The notes beneath the pieces are model-generated. The model was not told where the DNA came from, did no database searches, and saw only the letters and a list, made by a program, of their open reading frames with translations. Below are positions 9,280-19,325 of a DNA stretch of 64,000 nucleotides, in pieces. The stretch lies in the NCBI GenBank assembly GCA_027340875.1, contig DAIENX010000002.1:1-64000 (forward strand). Direction: 5' to 3'. Position 1 is the stretch's first letter, and each line of letters starts with the position of its first letter. The DNA is from Elusimicrobiota bacterium (GTDB lineage Bacteria; Elusimicrobiota; Elusimicrobia; Elusimicrobiales; UBA9959). The translations under genes were made by a program, and so were the position numbers.

Positions 9280-10317
9280 ATGCGCAAGAACTCCCTTTCC
9301 ATAATCCATATCAAGAAGAGAGGAGCCTCGGAACGGGTACTGAGGCTGGCGGCCGCGCTTCGCGAGGAGCTGGACGACTGTTTCTGCCTCGAGTCCTGCC
9401 AGCGCTGGATCTGGGTCTTGCCGGCTTCGGAGTCGGACCGCCTGCCGGTCGCCGGGGAAGGTTTGGAGCTGATGCACGGCCGCGAGGCTTACGATTTCCT
9501 GCTGCGCGTCGCCACCGGACTGGAGAGCGCCGTGGTAGGGGAATCCGACATCTTCGGCCAGATAAAGGAAGCCTGGAAGGGTTTCTCGGGGAAGGGCAGC
9601 CCGCTGCTGCGGGAGCTCGGCGTCTGGATGCAGCGCCTCTTCGAGGACACCAAGGAGATACGCTCGCTGCATATGCAGGACCTCGGCGGCGCCTCCTACG
9701 GCAGCCTGGTGCGCAGGATGCTGCACGGGCGCCGCGTAAGGCCCGAAGGCGAGCGCGAGAAGGTGCTGGTGGTCGGCGCCGGCAAGCTGGCCCTTTCCAT
9801 CGCTCCGTGGCTGGCCGGGTACGACCTCCTGCTCTGGAACCGCAGCCCCGGGAAGCTGCAGGCCCTCGAGGACGAGATCAATTCCAAGAAGACCGCCTCC
9901 GGCGGCACGATGACCCGCGTCGTCGGGCCCGAGGCCGAGAGCGCCGCCTGGCGCGACGCCGACCACGTGGTGGTCTGCGTGCCCGCCGACAAGGCCGAGG
10001 ACGGCCGGCGCATGGCCGACCGGCTGGCTGGCGCCGCCGGCCGCGCGAAGGGGCTGGTGCTGCACCTGGGCGGCTTCAAGCCGGAATGCCAGGACTGGGC
10101 GGCCGCCATAGGCGACGGCTTCGTGGCGCTCGACGACCTTTTCCAGCTTAAAGAGGCACAGGATTCAGCGCGCGGCAAAGCTATCCGTGCGGCCCGGCAC
10201 GCCTGCCGGGAGAGGGCGCGTCTGCGCGGCCTGGGGGGGCTCAGCGTACCGCACGGCTGGGAGGACCTTATGGGGTTCGCCTGTGACCGGGAGCTCTCTT
10301 TATCATGGGTCAGCTGA
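9280..10317 (+). CDS. hemA: Glutamyl-tRNA reductase (short, divergent form)
   Basis: ESCQR in place of STCNR; ATGLESAVVGESDIFGQIK; NADPH-binding VVGAGK; first gene of the hem operon. Confidence 0.8.
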   Translation: MRKNSLSIIHIKKRGASERVLRLAAALREELDDCFCLESCQRWIWVLPASESDRLPVAGEGLELMHGREAYDFLLRVATGLESAVVGESDIFGQIKEAWKGFSGKGSPLLRELGVWMQRLFEDTKEIRSLHMQDLGGASYGSLVRRMLHGRRVRPEGEREKVLVVGAGKLALSIAPWLAGYDLLLWNRSPGKLQALEDEINSKKTASGGTMTRVVGPEAESAAWRDADHVVVCVPADKAEDGRRMADRLAGAAGRAKGLVLHLGGFKPECQDWAAAIGDGFVALDDLFQLKEAQDSARGKAIRAARHACRERARLRGLGGLSVPHGWEDLMGFACDRELSLSWVS

Positions 10318-11876
10318 ACACGTCCGTTACTCATCTCAAACTTGGTACCCGCCGTTCCCTGCTCGCCTGGGCCCAGAGCTCCTGGGTGGCGCGCGAGCTC
10401 GAGCGGCTGCATGCCGCCCGCGGCCTTAAGGTCGAGCTGGTGGGCATAGACACCCGCGGCGACAAGATACTCGATATCCCGCTCAGCCAGGTGGAGGGAA
10501 AGGAGTTCTTCGTGGCCGAGCTGGATGACGCGCTGCGCTCCGGCCGCGTGGACTTCTCCGTCCATTCCCTGAAGGACCTGAGCCTCGAGCGCCCCGCGGA
10601 GTTCGAGCTGGTCTGCATGCCGCGCCGCGAGGACCAGCGCGACGTGATAGTCTTCTCCCCTAAGACGCTGGAGCGCCTAGGAGCGGGAGAGCCGCTGACC
10701 GTAGGCTCCTCCTCTCCCCGCCGGCTCGAGAACCTTCCTCCTTTCCTGTCCAGGGCCCTGCCGTCGGTGAACGGCCGCGACCCGTCGGTGAAGTTCGCCG
10801 AGATACGCGGCAACGTCAACACCCGCCTGGGCCGCCTGCACGAGGCGCCCGGAGCCGAGCGCTATCTCGACGGCGTGGTGCTGGCGCTGGCAGGCCTCTC
10901 CCGCCTGTGGCGCGACGACAAGGGGCGCGCCGAGCTGGAAAAGCTTTTCAGGGGCTGCCGCTGGATGGTGATGCCCCTCAGGCAGAACCCCACCGCTCCT
11001 GGCCAGGGCTCGCTGGCCGTCGAGTGCCGCGCCCCGAAGAACCCTCGCGACGCCGAAGTGAAGGAACTGCTGCTGGCACTGCACGACGAGCCTACCCGCG
11101 CGCAGGTGGAGCGGGAGCGCGCCGTGCTGGCCAAGTGGGGCGGCGGCTGCCATCAGCGCTTCGGCGCCAGCTGCGTGCCGGTGCCGGAGCTGGGCGAGCT
11201 GCTCTATATCCGCGGCCGGCTGCCCGACGGCAGCTTCATAGACGAGGCCAAGGGCCCCGAGCGCGCGGCGCCCGCGTCCGGCCAGGCCTGGAACGGCTCC
11301 GACTGGCGCGGCGAGGGCCTGGAATGGACCTTTGAAGGCAAGGAGAAGGCGCTGGAGGGCAAGGACTGCGCTTTCATAGCGCATGCCCGCGCTGTGCCGC
11401 CTTCGTGGGTGGCGCTGCTGTCCGGAAAGCGCATCTGGACTTCGGGAGCGGCCAGCTGGTTCAAGCTGGCCAAGCTGGGACTCTGGGTGGAGGGCTGCGC
11501 CGAGAACCTCGGCTTCGATCACTTAGTCCCGACGCTGCGCAAGCCGGTGCTCGGCCTTGCCCCGCTTTCGGGCTGGGTGGCCCTGACGCACGAGGTCGGC
11601 GAGGCCGGCTGGGGCGAAGTCGCCGCCGTCGCCACTTACCGGGTCTCCGGAGAAAAGCGCGAAGAGGCCGCCGCCGCCCTGCGGAAGGCCGGCTCGGCCT
11701 ACTGGGGCAGCGCTTCGCAGTTCGAAAGGTACGGCGCCGCTCTGGCGCCGGAGAAGCTCAAGGCGATGAAGCACGCCTGCGGCCCCGGCAAGACCGCTGC
11801 CGCGCTGCGCGCCAAAGGTCTGGAGCCGCAGGTTTTTTTATCTTCGGAGGACTGGAAAAAATGGACAGCAAACTGA
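10305..11876 (+). CDS. hemC: Porphobilinogen deaminase with C-terminal extension (probable HemC-HemD fusion)
   Basis: GTRRSLLAWAQ, TRGDKILD, VHSLKD, GSSSPRR, IRGNVNTRL, GGGC; about 200 extra C-terminal aa; no separate hemD in the operon. Confidence 0.88.
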   Translation: MGQLNTSVTHLKLGTRRSLLAWAQSSWVARELERLHAARGLKVELVGIDTRGDKILDIPLSQVEGKEFFVAELDDALRSGRVDFSVHSLKDLSLERPAEFELVCMPRREDQRDVIVFSPKTLERLGAGEPLTVGSSSPRRLENLPPFLSRALPSVNGRDPSVKFAEIRGNVNTRLGRLHEAPGAERYLDGVVLALAGLSRLWRDDKGRAELEKLFRGCRWMVMPLRQNPTAPGQGSLAVECRAPKNPRDAEVKELLLALHDEPTRAQVERERAVLAKWGGGCHQRFGASCVPVPELGELLYIRGRLPDGSFIDEAKGPERAAPASGQAWNGSDWRGEGLEWTFEGKEKALEGKDCAFIAHARAVPPSWVALLSGKRIWTSGAASWFKLAKLGLWVEGCAENLGFDHLVPTLRKPVLGLAPLSGWVALTHEVGEAGWGEVAAVATYRVSGEKREEAAAALRKAGSAYWGSASQFERYGAALAPEKLKAMKHACGPGKTAAALRAKGLEPQVFLSSEDWKKWTAN

Positions 11877-12868
11877 GATACCCGCTGGGCGCTAGGCGTC
11901 TGCGCCAGAGCCAGGCCGTCCGCGAACTCGCGCGCGAGGTGCGCGTCTCGCAGGAGCAGCTGATACAGGGCTGCTTCGTAGTGGACGGGATAAAGTCGCG
12001 CGAGGCCGTGCCCGGCCTCACCGGCGTCTACCGCGAGACCCCTTCCACGCTGCTGCGCCAGGTCGAGAACGACCTGTCCAAGGGCGTAGGCAAGATCCTG
12101 CTGTTCGGGGTCCCGTCGGAGAAGAAGAAGTCCGGCTTCGATCCCTCTTTCACCGCCCGCCAGATCGCGGCGCTCAAGAAGAACTTCGGCAAGAACCTCT
12201 TCGTGGCCGTCGACGTCTGCCTTTGTTCTTATACGACGCACGGCCACTGCGGCATCCTGAGCCCGGAAGGCGATCACGTGGAGAACGGCAAGACCGTGGC
12301 CGAGCTGGCCCGCGTGGCCGCGGCCTACGCCGAGGCCGGCGCTGACTGCGTGGCCCCCAGCGACATGATGGACTCCCGCGTGGCCGCCATCCGCGAGGCG
12401 CTCGACGCGCGCGGGCTGGAGCGCACGCTGCTGATGAGCTACTCCGCCAAGTTCCATTCCAAGTTCTACGGGCCGTTCCGCCTGGCCGCGGATTCCGCCC
12501 CCAAGGGCGCGGTGACGCTGAAGGACCGCGCCACCTACCAGATAGACCCGGCCCGCCCGCAGGACGCGCTGGAGTGCTCGCTGCGCGACTCCGCCGAGGG
12601 CGCGGACATCCTGATGGTGAAGCCCGGCCTGCCCTATCTCGACGTGCTGCGCGACCTTTCCCGCGAGATCCCGAAGCCCTGGGCCGTCTACGAGACCAGC
12701 GGCGAGTACGCTGGCATCGAGGTGCTGGCCGAGAAGGGGCTGATAAACGGCCCGCTGGCCCACGTGGAGATGTGGACGTCCTTCGTCCGCTCCGGGGCCT
12801 CGATGATCATCACCTACGGCGCCCGCAGCGCTCGCGAATGGCTGCGCGCGGCCGCCGGCCAGTTCTGA
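11861..12868 (+). CDS. hemB: Porphobilinogen synthase (ALA dehydratase)
   Basis: DVCLCSYTTHGHCG, APSDMMD, SYSAKF, GADILMVKPG; start placed at MDSKLR. Confidence 0.95.
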   Translation: MDSKLRYPLGARRLRQSQAVRELAREVRVSQEQLIQGCFVVDGIKSREAVPGLTGVYRETPSTLLRQVENDLSKGVGKILLFGVPSEKKKSGFDPSFTARQIAALKKNFGKNLFVAVDVCLCSYTTHGHCGILSPEGDHVENGKTVAELARVAAAYAEAGADCVAPSDMMDSRVAAIREALDARGLERTLLMSYSAKFHSKFYGPFRLAADSAPKGAVTLKDRATYQIDPARPQDALECSLRDSAEGADILMVKPGLPYLDVLRDLSREIPKPWAVYETSGEYAGIEVLAEKGLINGPLAHVEMWTSFVRSGASMIITYGARSAREWLRAAAGQF

Positions 12869-12881
12869 GACAGGAGAGACC

Positions 12882-14210
12882 ATGACCTCAAACCTCAAGC
12901 AGAAGACCAGCAGGTCCGCCGCGCTGTTCGAGCGCTCCAAGCGCGTCTCGCCCGGCGGCGTGCATTCCCCGGTCCGCGCGTTCAAGGGCGTGGGCGGCAC
13001 GCCGCGCTTCGTGGAGTCCGCCAGGGGCGCGGTGCTCACCGACGTGGACGGCAATAACTATATAGATTTCTGCATGGCCTGGGGTCCGATGCTGTTCGGC
13101 CACCAGGACCAGGACGTAGCACGCGCCGTCAGGGAATCCATGTCCCGCGGCTGGTCCTACGGCACGGCGGAACCCTATTCCCTGGAACTGGCCGAGCTGA
13201 TGACTAAGAACATCCCGTGGGCCCAGAAGGTGCGTTTCGTGAACTCCGGCACGGAGGCCGTGATGTCGGCGCTGCGCGTGGCCCGCGCCGCCACCGGCCG
13301 CGACAAGATCGTAAAGTTCGACGGCTGCTACCACGGACATTCCGACCCGCTGCTGGTGCGCGCCGGCTCCGGCCTCGCCGAGATGGCCAGTCCCGACAGC
13401 GCCGGCGTCTCGGCTTCCGTGGCGCGCGACACCGTGGTGGTCCCGCTCGACGACCTGGGCGCCCTCGAGGCCGCTTTCAGGAAGCACAAGGGCCATATCG
13501 CCGCCGTCATAGTGGAACCGGTGCCGGCCAACAACGGTCTGTTGGTCCAGAAGAAGAGCTTCCTCAGGGAGATGACAGCCATCGCCCGCCGCCACGGCGC
13601 GCTGGTCATCTTCGACGAAGTTATAACCGGCTTCCGCACCGCCTTCGGCGGCATGGCCGAGGTCACCGGCATTCGCCCGGACCTCGTGACCTACGGCAAG
13701 ATCATAGGCGGCGGCTTCCCGGTAGGCGCCTACGCCGGCCGCCGCGACCTGATGGACATGGTGGCCCCTTCCGGCCCCGTCTACCAGGCAGGCACGCTCT
13801 CCGGCAATCCCGTCGCGATGGCCGCCGGCTGCGCGATGTTGAAAAAAATACTGCGCGCGAAGCCCTATAAGGGCCTGGCCGCAGAGGCCGAGAAATTCGC
13901 GGCCTCGGCGGAAGCCGCGGGCCGGAAGGCCGGCGTGCCGGTCAAGGTGCAGCGGTTCTCCTCGATGTTCTGGATGATATTCGGGAACATCTCCACCGCC
14001 GACGGCTTCGTTCGCAGGCCGGACCAGACCCCGGCCGAACATAAGGACCTCTACCTCAAGGTGTTCCATTACGCCCTCGAGCGCGGGGTCTACCTGACGC
14101 CCAGCGCCTTCGAGGTGGATTTCGTCTCCGTGGCGCACAGCGCCGCCCAGTTGGAGCGGGCCTCAAAGGTGGTCTGCCGGGCTATCGAGAATCTCGGAGA
14201 GAGCGCGTGA
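12882..14210 (+). CDS. hemL: Glutamate-1-semialdehyde 2,1-aminomutase
   Basis: PGGVHSPVRAF, NSGTEA, GCYHGHSD, FDEVITGFR, GKIIGGG, YQAGTLSGNP. Confidence 0.95.
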   Translation: MTSNLKQKTSRSAALFERSKRVSPGGVHSPVRAFKGVGGTPRFVESARGAVLTDVDGNNYIDFCMAWGPMLFGHQDQDVARAVRESMSRGWSYGTAEPYSLELAELMTKNIPWAQKVRFVNSGTEAVMSALRVARAATGRDKIVKFDGCYHGHSDPLLVRAGSGLAEMASPDSAGVSASVARDTVVVPLDDLGALEAAFRKHKGHIAAVIVEPVPANNGLLVQKKSFLREMTAIARRHGALVIFDEVITGFRTAFGGMAEVTGIRPDLVTYGKIIGGGFPVGAYAGRRDLMDMVAPSGPVYQAGTLSGNPVAMAAGCAMLKKILRAKPYKGLAAEAEKFAASAEAAGRKAGVPVKVQRFSSMFWMIFGNISTADGFVRRPDQTPAEHKDLYLKVFHYALERGVYLTPSAFEVDFVSVAHSAAQLERASKVVCRAIENLGESA

Positions 14211-15172
14211 AAAAACTGGCCGCGGGCCCGAGACTTGTCTTCGTAGCGCAGGGCCTGTGGCTGCTGGTCGTGTTCCTTCTTGCCGGCTGGTGGGGCCACC
14301 TGATCTACCGGCAGGCCAGCCGGATAGCGGAGCTGGAAGCGAAGCTGGGCATAGCCGCGCAGCTGTCCCAGCTTTCCCTGGACAAGACGCGCCGCATGGT
14401 CTTCTGGGAATCCTCTTCCTTCTTCGCTCTGCTGCTGGCGGCCACGGCCTTCATGCTGTGGCTTTACTGGCTGGATTACCGGCGTAACCGCTCGGTACAG
14501 GCCTTCTTCGCCTCTCTGACCCACGAACTGCGCACCCCGCTGACCAGCATAAGGCTGCAGGCCGAGGCCATCTCGGGCGCGGCCGCCGAGGGCAGGCCGG
14601 ACCCCGCGTTGATCGACAGGCTGCTTCAGGATTCTCTTAGGCTTGAGTCGCAGGTGGAGCGTTCGCTGGAGCTGGCCAGGGCCGAGGGCGGCGGTACCGT
14701 CCATATGCGCCCCGTGGGCCTGCGTCTCTGGTGGGACCGCTTCATCTCCAACTGGAAGGCAACCTGCGGCGCCGGCTGCTCCATAGAGGTCACGGCGGAT
14801 ATAGACCCGGAGCTTTCAGCCACAGCGGACCCGGGCGCTCTGGCCGTGATCTTCCGCAACTTGCTCGAGAACTCCTCGCGGCATTCCAGGCTCCCCTCCG
14901 GGGAGCCGGTGAAGGTTTCCGTCACCTCCTCGAAGAATAGCGGCAAAGTGGAGATAATCTATTCCGACAACGGCCGCGGCTTCGACGGGGATCCCAAAAA
15001 GCTGGGCCGTATCTTCCAGAAAGGCGAACATTCCCAGGGGGCCGGGGTGGGCCTCTATCTGGTGCGCCTGCGGGCGGGGCGGATGGGGGGGGAATGCGAT
15101 TTCTCGGGCGCCGGCGGCTTCCGCGCGGTGCTCGAACTCCCCGAATTCACCGATAACACGGAGCGCGGCTAG
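14207..15172 (+). CDS. Membrane sensor histidine kinase (HemK/Hklep-like by synteny)
   Basis: Two TM segments; THELRTPLTSIRLQAE; DNGRG; GAGVGLY; lies between hemL and hemE. Confidence 0.85.
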   Translation: MKKLAAGPRLVFVAQGLWLLVVFLLAGWWGHLIYRQASRIAELEAKLGIAAQLSQLSLDKTRRMVFWESSSFFALLLAATAFMLWLYWLDYRRNRSVQAFFASLTHELRTPLTSIRLQAEAISGAAAEGRPDPALIDRLLQDSLRLESQVERSLELARAEGGGTVHMRPVGLRLWWDRFISNWKATCGAGCSIEVTADIDPELSATADPGALAVIFRNLLENSSRHSRLPSGEPVKVSVTSSKNSGKVEIIYSDNGRGFDGDPKKLGRIFQKGEHSQGAGVGLYLVRLRAGRMGGECDFSGAGGFRAVLELPEFTDNTERG

Positions 15173-15174
15173 TC

Positions 15175-15885
15175 ATGGTAAAAAAGAACGCCGGCAAAAT
15201 ACTGGTGGTGGAGGACGAGCGCAATCTGGGACAGACGCTGGTCGAATGCCTGGAGAAGGAGGGCTACGAGGCCGCCTGGGCCAGGAGCAAGGCCGAGGCG
15301 GATGCGGAGATCTCGTCGCGCCGCTTCGACCTGGCCCTGCTGGACGTGGGGCTGCCCGACGGCTCAGGCTTCGACGTGGCCTCCGGACTGCGCAAGACGC
15401 AGCCCTCGGCCGCCATAGTTTTCCTCACCGCCATGGGCGCGCCGGAACAGCGCGTGCACGGCCTGGAGCTCGGAGCCGAGGACTACATAGTAAAGCCCTT
15501 CCACCTGAAGGAGCTGCTGCTGCGCATCCACAACGTGATGCGCCGCGCCCTGACGCTGAGCTCGGCCCAGGACGGGGTGAAGCTCGGCCGCGCGGTGGTG
15601 AACTTCTCGCGCTACGAGGCCGTAGTGGCCGGCGCGGTCACGCCGCTGACCCAGAAGGAGACCGCGCTGCTGAAGCTGCTGGTGGACAGGCGCGGCCACG
15701 TGGTCAGCCGCGACGAGATCCTGAACTTCGTCTGGTCGGAGGACGAGTTCCCGAGCTCCCGCACGATAGACAATTTCATCCTGCGCCTCAGGCGCCTGAT
15801 AGAGCAGAAGCCGGACGAGCCGGAGCTGATACGCAGCGTCCGCGGAGTGGGCTACCAGCTGGCCCCTGAGGAGAAAGGAAAATGA
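15175..15885 (+). CDS. OmpR/PhoB-family response regulator (HemR-like by synteny)
   Basis: REC domain (LLDVGLPDG, KPF) plus winged helix (RTIDNFILRLR, SVRGVGY). Confidence 0.9.
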   Translation: MVKKNAGKILVVEDERNLGQTLVECLEKEGYEAAWARSKAEADAEISSRRFDLALLDVGLPDGSGFDVASGLRKTQPSAAIVFLTAMGAPEQRVHGLELGAEDYIVKPFHLKELLLRIHNVMRRALTLSSAQDGVKLGRAVVNFSRYEAVVAGAVTPLTQKETALLKLLVDRRGHVVSRDEILNFVWSEDEFPSSRTIDNFILRLRRLIEQKPDEPELIRSVRGVGYQLAPEEKGK

Positions 15886-16937
15886 CCAACGCTACTGGAA
15901 CTCTTTTCGGGGCCGCGATAGCCCGCGCCAACACCGGCCGCCCGCCGGTCTGGTTCATGCGGCAGGCCGGCCGCTACCACTCGCATTACCAGGAGCTCAA
16001 GAAGCGTTACACCTTCATGGAGCTCTGCAAGAACACCGACGCCGCCTGCGAGGCCACGCTGGGCCCTATAGAGGACTTCGGCTTCGACGCGGCCATACTC
16101 TTCTCCGACCTGCTGTTCCCGCTGGAGGCCATGGGCATGGGCCTGACCTACGATGAGGGCCCCAAGCTGGACTGGCACCTGAAGACGAAAGCGGACTGCG
16201 GCAAGCTGCGCGGCGGCGCTAACAAGGCAGCTTTCATGTCCTTCCAGGGCGAGGCCATGGCGAAGATCCGCGCCCGGCTGCCGAAGGAGAAGGGGCTGCT
16301 CGGCTTCGTCGGCGGCCCGCTGACGCTCTTCTGCTACGCCGTGGAGGGCTCGCACCTCGGCGGCCTGAAGGAATCCCACGCGGCGCTCGCCGACGGACGG
16401 TTCGAGGCCTTCCGGGACAATCTGCTGGACCTGCTGGCCGGGAACATGGCCATACAGGCCCGCGGCGGCGCGGACTGTATGGCCATATTCGACACCTGCG
16501 CCGGAGATTTCAGCCAGGAGGTGTACGGCAAGTACGCGGTACCCGCGCTGAAGGACGTGCTCGCGCGTTTCAAGAAGCTCTGCCCGGACACGCCGGTCAC
16601 TTACTATTCCAAGGGCACGGGTCCTGCGCACTGGAAGCTGCTCGACGGCCTGCCGATAGACTGCCTCGGCGTGGACTGGCATCACGACCTCGCTCAGGTG
16701 CTCACGGACTGGTCCGGGAAGTACGCCATACAGGGCAACATAGACCCCGAGTGGCTGCACCTGCCGGCGGCGGAACTGGAGAAGCGCCTGCGCGAAGTGT
16801 TCGCCAAGGTCAAGGCGCTGCCGGCGGAACTGCGGCGCGGCTGGGTCTGCGGCCTCGGTCACGGCGTGCTGCAGCGCACCCCCGAGGATAACGTCAGGCT
16901 CTTCCTCAGGGTGCAGAAAGAGATCTTCGGGAGCTGA
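15882..16937 (+). CDS. hemE: Uroporphyrinogen decarboxylase
   Basis: PVWFMRQAGRY, DAAILFSD, QGNIDP, LGHG. Confidence 0.95.
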   Translation: MTNATGTLFGAAIARANTGRPPVWFMRQAGRYHSHYQELKKRYTFMELCKNTDAACEATLGPIEDFGFDAAILFSDLLFPLEAMGMGLTYDEGPKLDWHLKTKADCGKLRGGANKAAFMSFQGEAMAKIRARLPKEKGLLGFVGGPLTLFCYAVEGSHLGGLKESHAALADGRFEAFRDNLLDLLAGNMAIQARGGADCMAIFDTCAGDFSQEVYGKYAVPALKDVLARFKKLCPDTPVTYYSKGTGPAHWKLLDGLPIDCLGVDWHHDLAQVLTDWSGKYAIQGNIDPEWLHLPAAELEKRLREVFAKVKALPAELRRGWVCGLGHGVLQRTPEDNVRLFLRVQKEIFGS

Positions 16938-16938
16938 T

Positions 16939-18354
16939 ATGAACAACGAAGAGCTGCTGAGGAAGTACAACGTCCCGGGGCCGCGCTATACCAGCTATCC
17001 CACCGTGCCGTACTGGGAGACCTCGCCGACGCAGGACGAGTGGGTGGTCAGCGTTGCCCGCTCGCTGACCGGCGAGGAGAGCCCGGCCGATTCCGGCATG
17101 GAGCGCCAGAAGTGCGGAGCCGCTGTCTACGTGCACGTGCCGTTCTGCTCGCATAGCTGCCTGTATTGCGGCTGTAACACCCGCTTCACCCGCGACTACA
17201 AGATGGCCCACAACTACGTGGGCTCGGTGCTCAAGGAATGGAACCTGTACCTGGACCTGCTCGCCAAAAAGGACGCGCGGCTGGCCAGGCCTAAGGCCGT
17301 GAAGCTCTCCGAACTGCACGTCGGCGGCGGCACGCCCACCTATTTAAACCCGGAGGACCTGAAGGCCATGCTCGGCGGCATCATCGACCGCTGCGAGAGG
17401 GACCCGCAGGCCGAGTTCTCCATAGAGGCGGACCCCCGCGTAACGAAGCGCGAACACCTGCAGGCCCTGCGGGAGCTCGGCTTCACCCGCCTGAGCCTCG
17501 GCATACAGGATTTCGACCCGCAGGTGCAGGAGACGGTGCGGCGCGTGCAGGACGAGGCGCTGGTTCGCGGAGTCACCGAGACCGCGCGCGAGCTCGGATA
17601 CACCAGCGTGAATTACGACCTGATCTACGGCCTGCCTAGGCAGACGCTGGCCAGCGTGACCGACACTATAGAGGCCGTGCGCCGCCTGAAGCCGGACCGC
17701 ATAGCTTTCTACTCCTACGCCCACGTGCCGTGGATCAAGCCGGCCCACCGCCGCTGGTCCGACGCGGACATCCCCGCCGGCGACGCCAAGCGCGCGCTGT
17801 ACGAGACCGGACGCCGCCTGCTGGCCGAGGCCGGTTACCGCGAGGTCGGCATGGACCATTTTACGCTGGAGACCGACGCCCTCTGGAAGTCCTCGCAGGA
17901 GGGCAAGCTGCACCGCAACTTCATGGGCTACATCACCAGGCAGGTCTCGCCGCTGATAGGGCTGGGCGTCTCCTCGATAGGCGATTCCTGGAACGTCTTC
18001 GCGCAGAACGAGAAGGTGCTGGAGACGTACGACGCCCGGCTGGCCAAGGGCGAGCTGCCGCTGCACCGCGGCCACGTGCTGACCGCGGAGGACCGCGTGC
18101 TGCGCTACCATATCCTCAAACTGATGACCCGCTTCGAGACCTCGTGGGAGAATCCGGCGCTGCGCGTACCTTTCATGGACAGCCTTCCCGAGCGCCTTGG
18201 GGAGCTGGTGAACGACGGGCTGGTGGAGCTTACGGCCTCCGGCGCCCGCATCACCGGGGCGGGGCGCCCGTTCGTGCGCAACGTCTGCATGGCCTTCGAC
18301 GCCAGGCTGGTGCGCAAGGCCCCGACCACCTCGCTGTTCAGCAAGGCCATATAA
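16939..18354 (+). CDS. hemN: Oxygen-independent coproporphyrinogen III oxidase (radical SAM)
   Basis: GPRYTSYP, YVHVPFCSHSCLYCGC, GGGTP, HRNFMGY. Confidence 0.95.
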   Translation: MNNEELLRKYNVPGPRYTSYPTVPYWETSPTQDEWVVSVARSLTGEESPADSGMERQKCGAAVYVHVPFCSHSCLYCGCNTRFTRDYKMAHNYVGSVLKEWNLYLDLLAKKDARLARPKAVKLSELHVGGGTPTYLNPEDLKAMLGGIIDRCERDPQAEFSIEADPRVTKREHLQALRELGFTRLSLGIQDFDPQVQETVRRVQDEALVRGVTETARELGYTSVNYDLIYGLPRQTLASVTDTIEAVRRLKPDRIAFYSYAHVPWIKPAHRRWSDADIPAGDAKRALYETGRRLLAEAGYREVGMDHFTLETDALWKSSQEGKLHRNFMGYITRQVSPLIGLGVSSIGDSWNVFAQNEKVLETYDARLAKGELPLHRGHVLTAEDRVLRYHILKLMTRFETSWENPALRVPFMDSLPERLGELVNDGLVELTASGARITGAGRPFVRNVCMAFDARLVRKAPTTSLFSKAI

Positions 18355-18356
18355 AA

Positions 18357-19325
18357 ATGAGCAAGAGGGGGGTGCTGCTGCTCAATTTCGGCGGCCCTGG
18401 CTTCCTCCGGGAAGTGCGGCCTTTCCTGTACCGCCTGTTCTGCGACCCATACGTGCTTTCCGGTATTCCCGCCCCTTTCAGGCAGGTTATGGCCGCCGTC
18501 ATAGCGGCGGCGAGGGCCCCCGAGTCCTCCCGCTGCTACGCGGCCATAGGCGGCGGCTCGCCGCAGCTCCACTGGACCAAAGTGCAAGCGGAGGGCCTGG
18601 AGCGTCTCCTCAACGCCGGGAGGGCGGCTGGGGACGAGTTCAAGGTCTCGGTGGGCATGCGCTCCTGGGAGCCGGACATCCGCTCCGGCCTCGGGGAGCT
18701 CAGGTCCTGGGGCGCGGAGGAGCTGACGCTGCTGCCGCTTTACCCGCAGTATTCCTTCACTACTACGCGCTCCTCGCTGGAGGAGGCCAGGCGCCAGCTG
18801 GGGAGGATGGGATGGAAGCCTGCGCTGTCGGAGGTGGCGGGCTGGCCGGATGATCCGGGCTACATAACGCTGTCGCGCTCGCTGCTGGAGGACACGCTCA
18901 GGCAGGCGGCTTCGGCCGGCGCGGAGCCGCATGTCATCTTCTCGGCGCATTCGCTGCCGCTCAAGACGGTGGAGCGCGGGGACCCTTACCGCGGCGAGGT
19001 GGAGCGCACCGTGGCCGCGCTGTCCCGCGGCCTTTCGGTCCCCTGGTCGCTCGCCTTCCAGTCCAGGGCCGGGAGCATGCGCTGGCTGGAACCGTATCTC
19101 GAGGACGAGCTGCCGCGGTTGGCCGCGGCCGGAGCCAGGGACCTGGTGGTCTGTCCGGTCAGCTTCGTCAGCGACCACATAGAGACGCTTTGGGAGCTGG
19201 ACATGCTTTACTCCGGGAAGGCCGCGGAGCTGGGCTTCAGGTCCTACCGGCGGGTGCCGGTGTTCAACGGCGACGAGAGGTTCTTTTCGGTGCTCAAAGA
19301 GGTAATGAATGATAGGAAAGCTTGA
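18357..19325 (+). CDS. hemH: Ferrochelatase
   Basis: GVLLLNFGGP, IGGGSP, PLYPQYS, FSAHSLP, FVSDHIETLWELD; start placed at ATG 18357. Confidence 0.93.
   Translation: MSKRGVLLLNFGGPGFLREVRPFLYRLFCDPYVLSGIPAPFRQVMAAVIAAARAPESSRCYAAIGGGSPQLHWTKVQAEGLERLLNAGRAAGDEFKVSVGMRSWEPDIRSGLGELRSWGAEELTLLPLYPQYSFTTTRSSLEEARRQLGRMGWKPALSEVAGWPDDPGYITLSRSLLEDTLRQAASAGAEPHVIFSAHSLPLKTVERGDPYRGEVERTVAALSRGLSVPWSLAFQSRAGSMRWLEPYLEDELPRLAAAGARDLVVCPVSFVSDHIETLWELDMLYSGKAAELGFRSYRRVPVFNGDERFFSVLKEVMNDRKA

Noticed and set aside
11405..11860. Long N-terminal extensions on hemB (similarly on hemH from 17730 and the regulator from 61334)
   Set aside because: They overlap upstream genes in another frame and give Arg/Gly-rich nonsense; this is a high-GC open-frame artefact
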